Source: an uncultured Methanosarcinales archaeon
GTDB lineage: Archaea; Nanobdellota; Nanobdellia; Woesearchaeales; UBA12501
DNA length: 47,822 nucleotides
Reading direction: 5' to 3'
Assembly: GCA_964397315.1 (NCBI GenBank)
Contig: CAYNHV010000007.1
Location: 1-47,822 of the forward strand
Shown here: piece by piece, positions 1-9,952 of the stretch
Layout: each line of letters opens with the position of its first letter
Numbering within the stretch: position 1 is the stretch's first letter
The notes under the pieces: model-generated
Database searches by the model: none
What the model was told of the DNA's origin: nothing
Seen by the model: the letters and a program-made list of their open reading frames with translations, nothing else
Program-made: the position numbers and the translations under genes

Positions 1-109
1 GAGGATATATAGCTTATTAAAAAAGCTTATGTCAGAGGGTTTCTGTAAAGCCGTTGCTTGTGACATTGGATTGAGTGTCTTGCCTGAGGGGGACAGTAGG
101 AGCGCGCTC

Positions 110-795
110 ATGCCGATAATCCTGGTAATTCCTGCAATTAAGGAGATATGTATATGATTATGATTCCTATTGCTTCCTGCCCTTAGATTGGTTTGTTTAT
201 GATAATAAATCATGGTAATTCCTAGGAGGTAATAAGTTTGTGCTGGCCCTTCCAGGTACTTCCCACCCTTGCGAGGCTGGGTTAATGCTGATAGCTCCAG
301 ATTCTTCCCACCCTTACTGCACAACTGCTTAGCAGGTTCACACCTTCTGGAAAAGCACAACTCTCCGCTTCTGCCTCTAATAAGCCCACCCAGTAATATG
401 CTCAACTGCTCTTTGGCTAGGTTGGTGTTTGTGCAATTAGCATATGTGAGGGGGATGGAGGGCGGGACTTATCCATATGTAAGTGCGACCTGGGCGGTGG
501 TCAGGTATGGACTAATCAAAATACTTTGGGAAGGCTTTTAATCATAGTACTTCCCACCCTTTCTGCACAACCACCTAGCAGGTTATCTGATTCTGTCTCC
601 GCACAACTACACTCTTCTGCCTCTAATAAGCCCACCCAATGATATGCTTGAAATGCTCTGTTGGAGTTGGTGCGCTAAGCATGTGTGAGGGGGAGGTGGG
701 AGGGCTTTATCCAGATGTAACTGCGACCGGGGCGGTGGTCAGTTCTGGATTAATCAAAATACGCACAGGAGATTTAATCATAGTGCTCCCATGCT
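110..795. repeat. Non-coding composite repeat: degenerate ~45-bp units followed by two tandem ~238-bp structured units
   Basis: Recurring TTTATGAT..A.TCMTGGTAMTTCC..CCCTT-like motif at ~110, 150, 196, 237, 282. Long units ~300-545 and ~546-790 align (TCCATA 472 vs TCCAGA 710, period 238). Homologous to 47283-47822. Confidence 0.85.
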
Positions 796-942
796 TAAAG
801 TGCTCTGTTCGTGGGATTGAGCGCAGTGAAATCCCGCTTACGCGTGAACAGAGTAACGCCATTCAGGAGAAGTCAGACACTTTTCATCTTTAGGCATCAA
901 AACAATTAACTTTAAAAACATGCGCGCCTCAGGCTTAAGCTT

Positions 943-1632
943 ATGGGAAGGGCTTTTGCATTCCGGTTTCAGAGCGCGGTAATGCCCCTGCTGGTGATCA
1001 ACATAATCATGTTTCTCGTCCAGCAGATACTCGGGCCGTGGTTTACTGAGTCTTTCATGCTTGTCTCAGGCGATGTTCTTGCGAGGCCGTGGATACTCCT
1101 CACTTCCATGTTCCTGCACGCCAACACACTGCACCTTATCTTCAATATGTACGCGCTTTTCCTTTTCGGCTCGCTTATTGAGCAAAGGATAGGGCCCAGG
1201 AGGTTTCTTCTCATCTATCTTGTGTCAGGCCTTGTTGCAGGAGCAGCTGCAACACAGTTCTACCAAGCTGCTCTTGGTGCAAGCGGGGCAGTGACAGGCA
1301 TACTTGGAGTTACCATAATGCTCATGCCTGACCTCAGGGTTCTGCTTTTCTTTGCAATACCCATGTCCCTCAGGACAGCGGGAATAATCTTTGCAATTAT
1401 TGAGGTGTTCGGCGTCTTCACTCCCTCTGGGGTGGCCAACATCGCCCATCTTGTCGGCCTTGGGTGCGGGCTTGCTTATGGCTATTACCTGCTTAAGAAG
1501 AAGAGGAAATTCTCAAAAAGGTTCCACAGGGAAGACACTAGATGTCGCTCCGCTCGCGGAGGCGCAGCAGGAGGCAGCATGGAGATGAACCAGGAGGACA
1601 TTGATGATTATCTGCGTTACGGCAGGATATGA
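943..1632 (+). CDS. Rhomboid family intramembrane serine protease
   Basis: Multiple TM segments; PW.LLTSMFLH, H..FNM, catalytic GASG and AHLVG motifs. Confidence 0.93.
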   Translation: MGRAFAFRFQSAVMPLLVINIIMFLVQQILGPWFTESFMLVSGDVLARPWILLTSMFLHANTLHLIFNMYALFLFGSLIEQRIGPRRFLLIYLVSGLVAGAAATQFYQAALGASGAVTGILGVTIMLMPDLRVLLFFAIPMSLRTAGIIFAIIEVFGVFTPSGVANIAHLVGLGCGLAYGYYLLKKKRKFSKRFHREDTRCRSARGGAAGGSMEMNQEDIDDYLRYGRI

Positions 1633-1684
1633 GCTTGAAATGGCCTGAAAAAAGGTTTGAAAGTCGTTATCCGCACTTTTTCAT

Positions 1685-3694
1685 TTATTTTTTCAGGGAG
1701 CTTCTGAGCCTCTCTATCTCTTCCTCAATCTTTTTCATCCTGATGCCTGACATGGCCTTTTCAATATGGCTTTCAACCCAGCCGTGCCTTTTAAGATGCT
1801 TTCTTATGTGCTCCTTTTTGAACCCCCTATCTATCATCCTTTTAATATAATGCTCAAGCTCCTTTATCTTGCTCTGCTCAATGTCCTCAAGCAGGCCGTA
1901 GATCTTCTGGTATTCTGACTCATAGGCATTCTCAAGATCTCTGATCCTGTTTTTTAGTTTCTTCTGGCTCTCTGCCTCAATTCTCTCAACCTTTGACTTC
2001 AGGCGGAGGGCAGCAATGGATGCTGATGCAATCAGGGCCACTGACACGAGGATTATAAGGGCTACATACCATCCTTTTTTCTCTTCTGCTATCTCTCTTG
2101 CCTCTTCAATCCTCTGCTCCCTGCTCTTTGACACATAAAACATCTGGCTTGATGTTGATATGGAATCCTCATACATCACCCTGGCAGCTATTATGTAATT
2201 CCCCTCCTGCATATCCTCAGGCAGTCTTATGCTTTTTGTGACAATGGTCTGTTCCTTTATAGACACCATTTCAGAGCTTCTTTTTATTATACTGCTGTCC
2301 ATGCTCTTTATGATATACTCTATCTCAACTTCCACTCTTCCTGTGTCTTTCAGGTTAAATATTGTGAAGTCAGCTTTTATCTCCCCTCCTGCAAGGATAT
2401 CCCTGTACCCTGAATGAATGTTTATGCTGGTGTCAAAAAGGACTTCAACCGACTCAATCTCTATTATTACAAGCACTTTCTTGATAATCCCCTGCCCGCC
2501 TTTCAGGATATTGATGTACAGCTCTCCTGTGTAGATATCCGGAACAGTATTTTCAGGAGCTGAAAAGAACAGCTCAACAGTCCTGTTGCGGCCTGCCATA
2601 ACAATGAACTCGCCTGCAGGGAAATCAAGGAACCTTTTTATCTCATTGGAGGCATTGAGCACCATTTTAAGGTCGTATCTTCCTGTGTTCACTATTGTGA
2701 GGGGCTGGCTGTGGTTTCCTCCTGCCCTTAGAAACACCTTTACTGTTTCAGGGTATGTTTCAACAGGCAAGACAGCCTCTCTTGACACAGCATGCCCTCC
2801 CTCAAGCATTGTCACCCTCATCCTTGCCTTCCTGTTGCTGTCAATCTCAAGAAGCGCAATATTAAGATCATCCCTGCCGTCAAGATTCATGTCAATTCTT
2901 CCGGCCTCGTCCAGCCCAATAACAGCTTCTCCAGAGCCTGCCCTGACCTTTATGGAGCCATCCTCTACGCTCTCTATGACCATTGTGTGGGCGGTTATGC
3001 CGTTAAATGTGAATATTATGCTGTCGCCCTCATATCCTGTCACAAGCTTGCTTTCCACTCTTGTGAAATCAATATCAAACATCATGCCTCCTGCGCCTCC
3101 CCCTCCAGAGGGTCGGCGTTCCTCTTCAGGGCATGTCCCGCAGTCTGCAGGGCAGCTGGAGCAGTCCTCATTCCTGCCGCAGATGCCGTCACCGCAGTAC
3201 TGGCTTGTTACGCTCAGGTTGAAGATGATTGAATGGCGGTTATTAGAGCAGGAGCTGTTGTCCCTTGCTGTAATGTTTATTGAATGCTCTCCTGCGTCAT
3301 CCTTCTTTGGAGTGAATCTTATCAGGCCTGTTGCAGGCTCTATGTCAAAAAGTCCGGTGTTGTCATAGAAAGTGAGGTTCTGGCCGTTTTCATCCACAGC
3401 ATCAATGTCGCATGTGTAAGTGGTTCCGATGTATGATACGCCGCTGCAGGAGTGGCTTATGACAGGCCTTGCATTGATGCACATCTCAATGGTTCCCTTG
3501 GATGCCTCTTCAGAGGATACAGCACCTGCAGCATTGCTCACGCTTGCTATTATGTAACTGTTCATTGCAAGGGAGGCTAGAACTATAGTCATTGCAAAAA
3601 TGCCCAGTGTGTTGTTTGAGACATGCCTCATTTTATATGTTTGACTGCCTGTCCCTCCTGCACTGTTGTCATTGGGATTTTCAGCTGTCAGCAT
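1685..3694 (-). CDS. Membrane-anchored surface protein (cadherin/Ig-like domains, Cys-rich CGDG.C repeat, C-terminal TM and cytoplasmic helical tail)
   Basis: N-terminal TM; 'IDAVDEN..LTF..LFDIEPATGLIRFTP' cadherin-like; 'CGDGICGRNEDCSSCPADCGTC'; Gly linker; C-terminal TM. Start could be Met at 3631. Confidence 0.75.
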   Translation of the reverse strand: MLTAENPNDNSAGGTGSQTYKMRHVSNNTLGIFAMTIVLASLAMNSYIIASVSNAAGAVSSEEASKGTIEMCINARPVISHSCSGVSYIGTTYTCDIDAVDENGQNLTFYDNTGLFDIEPATGLIRFTPKKDDAGEHSINITARDNSSCSNNRHSIIFNLSVTSQYCGDGICGRNEDCSSCPADCGTCPEEERRPSGGGGAGGMMFDIDFTRVESKLVTGYEGDSIIFTFNGITAHTMVIESVEDGSIKVRAGSGEAVIGLDEAGRIDMNLDGRDDLNIALLEIDSNRKARMRVTMLEGGHAVSREAVLPVETYPETVKVFLRAGGNHSQPLTIVNTGRYDLKMVLNASNEIKRFLDFPAGEFIVMAGRNRTVELFFSAPENTVPDIYTGELYINILKGGQGIIKKVLVIIEIESVEVLFDTSINIHSGYRDILAGGEIKADFTIFNLKDTGRVEVEIEYIIKSMDSSIIKRSSEMVSIKEQTIVTKSIRLPEDMQEGNYIIAARVMYEDSISTSSQMFYVSKSREQRIEEAREIAEEKKGWYVALIILVSVALIASASIAALRLKSKVERIEAESQKKLKNRIRDLENAYESEYQKIYGLLEDIEQSKIKELEHYIKRMIDRGFKKEHIRKHLKRHGWVESHIEKAMSGIRMKKIEEEIERLRSSLKK

Positions 3695-4115
3695 TCCATA
3701 ATGCCCTTGTGAAAGTTATCCTGACTTTGCCTGTGTAATTGCCGTACTCAACAGAAGCAGGCACGTCAGCTGACAGCCTGATCTTCTTCTCCTCTCCCGG
3801 CTGAAGCAGAGCCCTTCTTTCCCTGGCTTTTATCCACCTTGCAATATCTCCACTGAAGCTGAATTCCGCCTTTATGGGATAATCTTTCTTGTTGCTCAGC
3901 TTTATGAATCTTGCGCTGCTTGATGAGCCGGGCATGACCATTCCGAAAGCAACACTCGTGTTGTCAGTGTTAAATCCTATATGATCGCCCACCATGATAC
4001 TTGCATTGTATTCTCTTGCCCCCTCCACATAGAAGAAAGAGTATGAGACTATTGCAAGGCAGAATCCTGCTGCTGCCATTATCAGGAGTAGGATTGCTAG
4101 GCTGCTTTTTTTCAT
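3681..4115 (-). CDS. Secreted/anchored single Ig-fold protein, putative minor pilin-like subunit
   Basis: N-terminal TM; 'VAFG', 'IKLSN', 'VPASVEYGNYTGKVRITFT' pattern parallels the neighbouring pilin-like paralogs. Confidence 0.6.
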   Translation of the reverse strand: MKKSSLAILLLIMAAAGFCLAIVSYSFFYVEGAREYNASIMVGDHIGFNTDNTSVAFGMVMPGSSSSARFIKLSNKKDYPIKAEFSFSGDIARWIKARERRALLQPGEEKKIRLSADVPASVEYGNYTGKVRITFTRALWNADS

Positions 4116-4155
4116 ATTTTCCTGATAAAAACGCTAGTTTTATATATTTTGCTTT

Positions 4156-5304
4156 TTAATCCCGCTTTTTCCTCTTCAACAAAAGCATGACATTGATTAT
4201 GGTGAGAAGGATTATCAGCGCCACCACAGCAAGCCCGCCTGTGATTACCAGGCTTTTAGGGGCTTCCAGGATTCCTGGCTTCAGGACAGTGATATTGCCC
4301 CTATGGACTGCCTTGTTCTTGCCGTAATGCACCTCTATCATGACAGGATACTCTCCCGGAACAGTATTGTTTGCGTCCAGATGCCCTGTGAGGGTATTCC
4401 TTGAGAGAGGGGGTATGGGCTCTGTGGCTGTCTTGGCTGTGATATTATGAGGTTCTGCGCTGACTGTCACAACAGCAAAAGCATTCACCTCGTTGTTCCA
4501 TTCATTTTCCACTTCCACATTGAACTTGTTTATCCTTCCTGAGTATATGCTGCGGGTGTAATTAATAGCATTTACCTTCATCTGGCCGATCCTGAATGAC
4601 TTGTTAATGCTCATCCTGCTGCTGTCATAGTTTATGACTGCTGTGACATTGTACTCTCCAGCAGCCAAGCCGGCAGTGTCAACACCTATATTCTTTGTTC
4701 TTTTCTGTCCTGATGCAAGGGGGAAATATCCTGACTCAGCTTTCTTGACCAATGTTTTGTTTGAATCATATATGTTCAGGACAGCATTTATTAATCGTAT
4801 GTCCTGCTTTCCAAGGTTGCTTATTGTAAGCTTAAAATCCGCGGTTTCATTGGTATCCACATTCTGCGTCTTAAGAGACGCGGTTATGTACTTGCCAGGG
4901 TAAAGGATAAACACATTAAGTGGACTCTGGACTCTTGTCCTTACATTTATGCCTCCGCTTTCCCTCTCCACAACCTCTGCAGCCCCTACCATTATCTTGT
5001 GCATGCCGGGCTCTGCTGTTATGTTGGCAGGGAACCTGAGTGTTGCAGTAAACTTCTTCTTGCTTCGGCCCACAAGCTCTGCTTCGCTTAGGGTAACATA
5101 ATCCTTGAGTTCTCCCTCAACATAGGGCATGACATCATTTCCGAAGCCGTTTGCCACAAACTCAAAAGAAACAGTCTTGCGGGGCTCTGCTATTATGTAG
5201 TCAGGAAGGGGCTCTGAGCTTAATCCTATTGCCTGGGAAGGCTGCGCGAGAATGATTGCTGCCAAGAGCAGCGCAAGAGCCAAACAGGAGTTTCTGAAAT
5301 CCAT
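4156..5304 (-). CDS. Signal peptide + multi-Ig (chaperone-like) protein with C-terminal TM anchor
   Basis: Signal peptide ending SQA|IGLS; beta-rich domains; C-terminal TM then KRKKRD; paralogous architecture to 8714..9952. Confidence 0.65.
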   Translation of the reverse strand: MDFRNSCLALALLLAAIILAQPSQAIGLSSEPLPDYIIAEPRKTVSFEFVANGFGNDVMPYVEGELKDYVTLSEAELVGRSKKKFTATLRFPANITAEPGMHKIMVGAAEVVERESGGINVRTRVQSPLNVFILYPGKYITASLKTQNVDTNETADFKLTISNLGKQDIRLINAVLNIYDSNKTLVKKAESGYFPLASGQKRTKNIGVDTAGLAAGEYNVTAVINYDSSRMSINKSFRIGQMKVNAINYTRSIYSGRINKFNVEVENEWNNEVNAFAVVTVSAEPHNITAKTATEPIPPLSRNTLTGHLDANNTVPGEYPVMIEVHYGKNKAVHRGNITVLKPGILEAPKSLVITGGLAVVALIILLTIINVMLLLKRKKRD

Positions 5305-5352
5305 GCTGTTCTGCTGTCCTTTTCTCTTTTTAAATTTTGCTGAAAACCGGTT

Positions 5353-6675
5353 TCAGCTTAGTGTTGTCGCTGTCATGTTGAAGCTTGTGTTTAGGAGCCC
5401 TGTTTTTGAGTTGTCAGGTATTCTCAGTTTTATGTGTAGTTCAATCTCGTCGTTGTCCTGTCCGGGGTGGAAGTTGTCGCAGTTTCTCCACTCCCTTTCA
5501 CTGACATCGCTCCATGAATCGAATGAGCTGGTGTCGTTGCAGCTTCCTGCCTCTATTTCTGTCCAGTTTCCCTGGTAGATGGGGTCTGTTCCTCCTATGA
5601 ATGTGCTTGCGTCATCCGTTGTTGAGGAGTTGAGGGTGATGTTTCTGTTTCCCACGTTTTCTATGCGTATTCCTGTGTCAGGTGTTATGAATTCATTGCA
5701 GCACTTTTTTGAGTCTGTGTTCCTTTCCCTGTCGTACCTTTCCTTTATCTCTTTTGGGCTGAGGCTTCTGTTGTAGATTCTTACTGTGTCTATGATGCCT
5801 TTAAAGGGATTACCGCCCACATATGACCCAATCACGGTTAGGTTAGCCCGCTGCACTTTTCCGTTGAGGGGGGTAGCGTTTTTCTGCTCGCCGTTTATGT
5901 ATATTGTCATGTTGCTTCCGTTGTATGTGAGGGCCACATGGTACCATTCATTCTCAGCGGTTGATGTGGTGGAGGTAACTGCGTTTTTATCACCTGTCTC
6001 GTTCCGCACCTCGCATATTATGATATCCCCCCCGAATGGATAGTTGTCCATCATGCCGGCTGCTTCGTGATCCCTAAGGCACTTGAATGCGGGATTTGAA
6101 GTTGATTCTATCAGGTTCTGGTTGTTAGCGGTGCCGCCCATTGAGTAGAACCAGTACATCACAGATATTTCATCTGTGTCCCCTATGGGGCGCGTGGTGC
6201 TGTTCCCCATAATCCAGTCGTCATCTCCGTCAAAGTGGTATGCCCCCCATGTTCTTCCTCTTCTAGGCTTGTATGTTGCCTTAATGTCGCTTATGTTTAT
6301 GTTGTTGTGGTATTCCCTGCTGTAGGTGCTGTTGCTGGTGGAGTTCTCGTCGTTGTTGAATGTCCATGCCGCCACCAGGCCTGTGTCCGAGCCGTTAATT
6401 TTTGATTGTTTGCCCGGCGTGTGCATTGTGCAGTTGCTGCATGAGGGGTCTACTGTTCCGCTTCCGAAGTTCAGTCTGTGTACTGTGAGGTTTATTGCTG
6501 TGTTTGATGTTATTGTGGCGTCTACGCTGCCTTCCTGGCTCAGGGTGTCATAGCCTGTTATTGTTGCTAGCTGTATCTTCTGGAGTTTTCCGAGGCTTAG
6601 GAGTGTTCCTCCTAGTGATACTGCGATTGTGGCTATCAGGAGGATTGTGATGGTTTTGTTTGTTGTGTTTTCCAT
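5353..6675 (-). CDS. Pilin-like secreted protein with inserted LamG (concanavalin-like) domain
   Basis: N- and C-parts match 7926..8561; insert has LamG motifs 'GAYHFDGDDD', 'WYHVALTYNG', 'FKGIIDTVRIYNRSLS'. Confidence 0.8.
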   Translation of the reverse strand: MENTTNKTITILLIATIAVSLGGTLLSLGKLQKIQLATITGYDTLSQEGSVDATITSNTAINLTVHRLNFGSGTVDPSCSNCTMHTPGKQSKINGSDTGLVAAWTFNNDENSTSNSTYSREYHNNINISDIKATYKPRRGRTWGAYHFDGDDDWIMGNSTTRPIGDTDEISVMYWFYSMGGTANNQNLIESTSNPAFKCLRDHEAAGMMDNYPFGGDIIICEVRNETGDKNAVTSTTSTAENEWYHVALTYNGSNMTIYINGEQKNATPLNGKVQRANLTVIGSYVGGNPFKGIIDTVRIYNRSLSPKEIKERYDRERNTDSKKCCNEFITPDTGIRIENVGNRNITLNSSTTDDASTFIGGTDPIYQGNWTEIEAGSCNDTSSFDSWSDVSEREWRNCDNFHPGQDNDEIELHIKLRIPDNSKTGLLNTSFNMTATTLS

Positions 6676-6798
6676 TCTCTCTTTTCCTTTGTTGTTTTCT
6701 GTGCTTTTAATGCTTTGGCTTTCTTTTTGCTCCTTTGTAATGCTTAATTCTCTCCTGTGAGGGGTTGAAGTCCAAACTGCTATATAAAGTTTTTTTTT
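6419..6798. repeat. Near-identical duplication of 8305..8684 (promoter, 5' UTR and 5' part of pilin-like gene)
   Basis: Direct alignment at offset 1886 with few mismatches. Confidence 0.9.
6781..6798 (-). promoter_or_regulatory. Archaeal BRE/TATA promoter of pilin-like gene 5353..6675
   Basis: Minus strand AAAAAAAAACTTTATATA about 105 bp upstream of the ATG; identical copy at 8667..8684. Confidence 0.6.
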
Positions 6799-6899
6799 AT
6801 ACTGTTATCTCAATTATGGATTGCAGGCGCTTATCATAAAAGTAGAAAAATATTGCAAGAGCTGTGGCAGATCAACCATCACCTGCTATCTTTCCCTCT

Positions 6900-7556
6900 T
6901 TATACTGTAGATGCTGTTGCAGTTACTGTGGCATTCCTCAGCCCTGTCTCTGAGTTGTCAGGTATTTTCACCTTGATGTCAATGCTGAGCTCATCATTTG
7001 CCAGTCCTGGCCTGAATATCTCGCATATCTGGGGGTCGTCTGTCTTCACATCAGCAAATGTGTGATTCCATGTCACGTTTATTCCTGAGGTTTCAGTTCC
7101 TGACGCGTTTATGCAGCTTCCTGCCTCTCCCTCTGTTAGATTCATCTGCAGCAGGGGAGAGCTGCCGCCTATGAAAGATGCCGCGTCCTGGCTGAAGTTG
7201 AGGTTTATGGATGCGTTCCTGTTTCCGACATTCTCAAGCACAAGCCCTGATGCCGGAGCAGTGAAGCCGCTGCAGCAGGTTGAGTCAGTTACGCTTGGTG
7301 TGTGCATTGTGCAGTTGTTGCATCCTGATGTCACTGTGCCTGTGCCGAAGCTCACGGTGTTTGTTGTGAAGTTTATTGCTGTGTTTGATGTCACTGTTGC
7401 TTCCACACTGCCTTCCTGTGTGAGTGTGTCATAGCCTGTTATTGTTGCTAGCTGTATCTTCTGGAGTTTTCCGAGGCTTAGGAGTGTTCCTCCTAGTGAT
7501 ACTGCGATTGTGGCTATCAGCAGGATTGCCAGTGTTTTGTTTGATATCTCTCTCAT
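6900..7556 (-). CDS. Pilin-like secreted protein (paralog 2)
   Basis: TM + ATITGYDT; 'SFGTGTV', CNNC...CC, 'LENVGNRN', 'DELSIDIKVKIPDNSETGLRNATVTATA'. Confidence 0.8.
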   Translation of the reverse strand: MREISNKTLAILLIATIAVSLGGTLLSLGKLQKIQLATITGYDTLTQEGSVEATVTSNTAINFTTNTVSFGTGTVTSGCNNCTMHTPSVTDSTCCSGFTAPASGLVLENVGNRNASINLNFSQDAASFIGGSSPLLQMNLTEGEAGSCINASGTETSGINVTWNHTFADVKTDDPQICEIFRPGLANDELSIDIKVKIPDNSETGLRNATVTATASTV

Positions 7557-7589
7557 TTGTGCCTGCCTCCATTATTTTTTATGAGCTTT

Positions 7590-7844
7590 CTAATTGCTGT
7601 TTGGGTTATTCCCCTTTATCTCAAGGTTTATGTTGCCTGCTATTCTCGGCTGCTCCTCTACATTGAGTGATACTGTGCCTGAATTGCTTCTGCTGGCTGT
7701 TTTGCTCTCATAAGCATCATCCATGCCATGTATCCTGTCAGCTGATTCAAGGACAGCGAAAGTGCCTGCAAAAGACACTGCTAATACCAGAATAGCCAGA
7801 AATATTATTGTCCTGTTGGATATATCCCTTTTATTCCCATCCAT
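7590..7844 (-). CDS. Small membrane-anchored protein with pilin-like N-terminus
   Basis: 'DISNRTIIFLAILVLAVSFAGT' resembles the paralog signal; ends with strand-like 'SNSGTVSLNV' matching pilin 'QEGSVEATV'. Confidence 0.6.
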   Translation of the reverse strand: MDGNKRDISNRTIIFLAILVLAVSFAGTFAVLESADRIHGMDDAYESKTASRSNSGTVSLNVEEQPRIAGNINLEIKGNNPNSN

Positions 7845-7925
7845 GAGTGTTAAAATATGAGCCTATTATATAAATTTTACTCTTTTGAGGCTGTTGGAGC
7901 TTTCTCAGAGCCTTTTTAAGGGGTT

Positions 7926-8561
7926 TCAGCTTAGTGTTGTTGCTGTGAGGTTGAAGCTTGTGTTCAGGAGTCCTGTCTTGGAGTTGTCCGGTATTCTCAG
8001 TTTTATGTGTAGTTCCAGCTCGTCATTAGCTTGCGTGGGGTACAGATTGTCGCATAAGCGCGCTTCTCCAATGTCTAAGTCTCCCCAAGAGCCCCAGCTT
8101 GATCCGCTGGTGTCGTTGCAGCTTCCTGTTTCTAATTCTGTCTTGTTGACCTGGTAGATGGGGTTTGTCCCTCCTATGAACGTGCTTGCATTGTCTGTCA
8201 ATGAGGCGTTGAGGGTGACGTTTCTGTTTCCCACATTCTCTACTCTCAGCCCTGTTGCCGGTGCAGAGAATCCGTTGCAGCATGTTGAGTCAGTTACGCT
8301 TGGTGTGTGCATTGTGCAGTTGTTGCATGTTGGGTCTACTGTTCCGCTTCCGAAGTTCAGTCTGTGTACTGTGAGGTTTATTGCTGTGTTTGATGTTATT
8401 GTGGCGTCTACGCTGCCTTCCTGGCTCAGGGTGTCATAGCCTGTTATTGTTGCTAGCTGTATCTTCTGGAGTTTTCCGAGGCTTAGGAGTGTTCCTCCTA
8501 GTGATACTGCGATTGTGGCTATCAGGAGGATTGTGATGGTTTTGTTTGTTGTGTTTTCCAT
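7926..8561 (-). CDS. Pilin-like secreted protein (paralog 1)
   Basis: True start MENTTNK at 8561 by identity with 5353..6675; the ORF-track extension to 8693 covers the promoter/UTR. Confidence 0.8.
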   Translation of the reverse strand: MENTTNKTITILLIATIAVSLGGTLLSLGKLQKIQLATITGYDTLSQEGSVDATITSNTAINLTVHRLNFGSGTVDPTCNNCTMHTPSVTDSTCCNGFSAPATGLRVENVGNRNVTLNASLTDNASTFIGGTNPIYQVNKTELETGSCNDTSGSSWGSWGDLDIGEARLCDNLYPTQANDELELHIKLRIPDNSKTGLLNTSFNLTATTLS

Positions 8562-8666
8562 TCTCTCTTTTCCTTTGTTGTTTTCTGTGCTTTCAATGCT
8601 TTGACTTTCTTTTTGCTCCTTTGTAATGCTTAATTCTCTCCTGTTAGGGGTTGAAGTCCAAACCGC

Positions 8667-8684
8667 TATATAAAGTTTTTTTTT
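8667..8684 (-). promoter_or_regulatory. BRE/TATA promoter of pilin-like gene 7926..8561
   Basis: Minus strand AAAAAAAAACTTTATATA. Confidence 0.6.
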
Positions 8685-8713
8685 GCACTGCACAAACTGC
8701 TGGCTTGAATCCT

Positions 8714-9952
8714 CTATGGGAATATCCTCCTCCTTCTCCTTTTCAGGGCTATGAAAAGGATTATGTTGGAAACTGCCAGAACAGCAAGGGCTATAATGAG
8801 CATGGAGCTTCCTGACACCCTGCCGTCCCTTCCATGATCTCCTCCAGTCACAGCTCCGGCTGCATTCACCCCTCTTATGCTTATGCTGTCAAATCCCACA
8901 TCCATTATGAACTGCTTTTCTGTGACAAGCCTTGTATAATGCAGTATTACATTAAGGGTGTAAGTGCCGGGACTGACATCCTCAGTGTCCCAATAGGCAT
9001 TGAGAACCCCCACAGAATCCGCCTCAACATTTGTTGATGCAGTCTTGAACATTGTGAGCTGCCTGTTGCTGCTGTCCTTGACTTCAACATCAGCATAGAC
9101 ATCCTCTATCCTCTGGTTCCACATGTTCTGCAGGAATATGTTAAGCTTGGCTATTCCTCCAAGCTTGAAATTCTCAGCCCCCACCCCTTGTATCTCAACG
9201 AGCTTTGACCCAATGAAAAACTCCTTCTCTAGCACCTCCTCTTTTCCTGCATAACTTACTTTTATTACAGCCCTGTACCTTCCCCTTCTTCCATCTCCAT
9301 GGTATTCTCCTGTTAGCTTTCCCTTTCCCCATTTTTTCAGGCTTATGCTGTCTGTGCTTATTGCTCCTACAAGGTCTCCTTCAGGGCTGTAAATCATTAT
9401 CTCAGCGCTTATTCCCTCAATGTTCTTGTCTCCCCTGTTGAATACTGGTATTGTGAACCTTGCAGAGCCCCCCTCAGAAGGCGTGTTGATGTAAACATCA
9501 GAGACTTCTGCGTATACCTCAGGGTATGGGACATTGATTCTGATTTGGTGCACAACCTCCACAGTAGCCGAGACTCTTGCGGCATCCTCCTCTCCCTCAG
9601 CTGTTTTCGGCATCTCAAGTATCTTCAGCTTTATCTCGTTCTGGCCAGGCTTCTTCTTCATATTTCCTGTCATCACAACATTTGCCTCTATTGTTCTCAT
9701 TGACTCGTCACTGCTCATGGTTATTATGTTATCCTCTATCTCAAGGAGGTCAGAGAATTCCCCTTCAGCCTGTATGAACAGCCTCATGTCCTTGAGCTCG
9801 TTGTTGATTATGTTGACCTTAATGCTCTCCATGCCCGGCTTGAAATCCAGTGTTGTTCTTGCAGGCGTGACTCCAAGCGCTGCTGCAGTGCCTGATAAGA
9901 TTATCATGGCTAGGATAATCATGCACATCCTGCTTGTTATTCTGGTTTTCAT
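8714..9952 (-). CDS. Signal peptide + chaperone-like Ig domains + C-terminal TM anchor
   Basis: AAA|LGVTPA N-terminus typical of PapD/DUF916-like domains; C-terminal TM + KRRRRR; ATGA overlap with the upstream adhesin. Confidence 0.65.
   Translation of the reverse strand: MKTRITSRMCMIILAMIILSGTAAALGVTPARTTLDFKPGMESIKVNIINNELKDMRLFIQAEGEFSDLLEIEDNIITMSSDESMRTIEANVVMTGNMKKKPGQNEIKLKILEMPKTAEGEEDAARVSATVEVVHQIRINVPYPEVYAEVSDVYINTPSEGGSARFTIPVFNRGDKNIEGISAEIMIYSPEGDLVGAISTDSISLKKWGKGKLTGEYHGDGRRGRYRAVIKVSYAGKEEVLEKEFFIGSKLVEIQGVGAENFKLGGIAKLNIFLQNMWNQRIEDVYADVEVKDSSNRQLTMFKTASTNVEADSVGVLNAYWDTEDVSPGTYTLNVILHYTRLVTEKQFIMDVGFDSISIRGVNAAGAVTGGDHGRDGRVSGSSMLIIALAVLAVSNIILFIALKRRRRRIFP

Noticed and set aside
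110..315. CRISPR array
   Set aside because: Units are too degenerate, linkers too short and no cas genes are in the window; kept only as an unexplained repeat
269..893. ORFs 269..541 and 639..893 as real genes
   Set aside because: They lie in the repeat, and the reading frame is not preserved across all copies
5353..8561. Type IV pilins/archaellins
   Set aside because: No class III signal (basic-G/A followed by a hydrophobic helix with Q/E at +1/+5) and no assembly ATPase or TadC in the window
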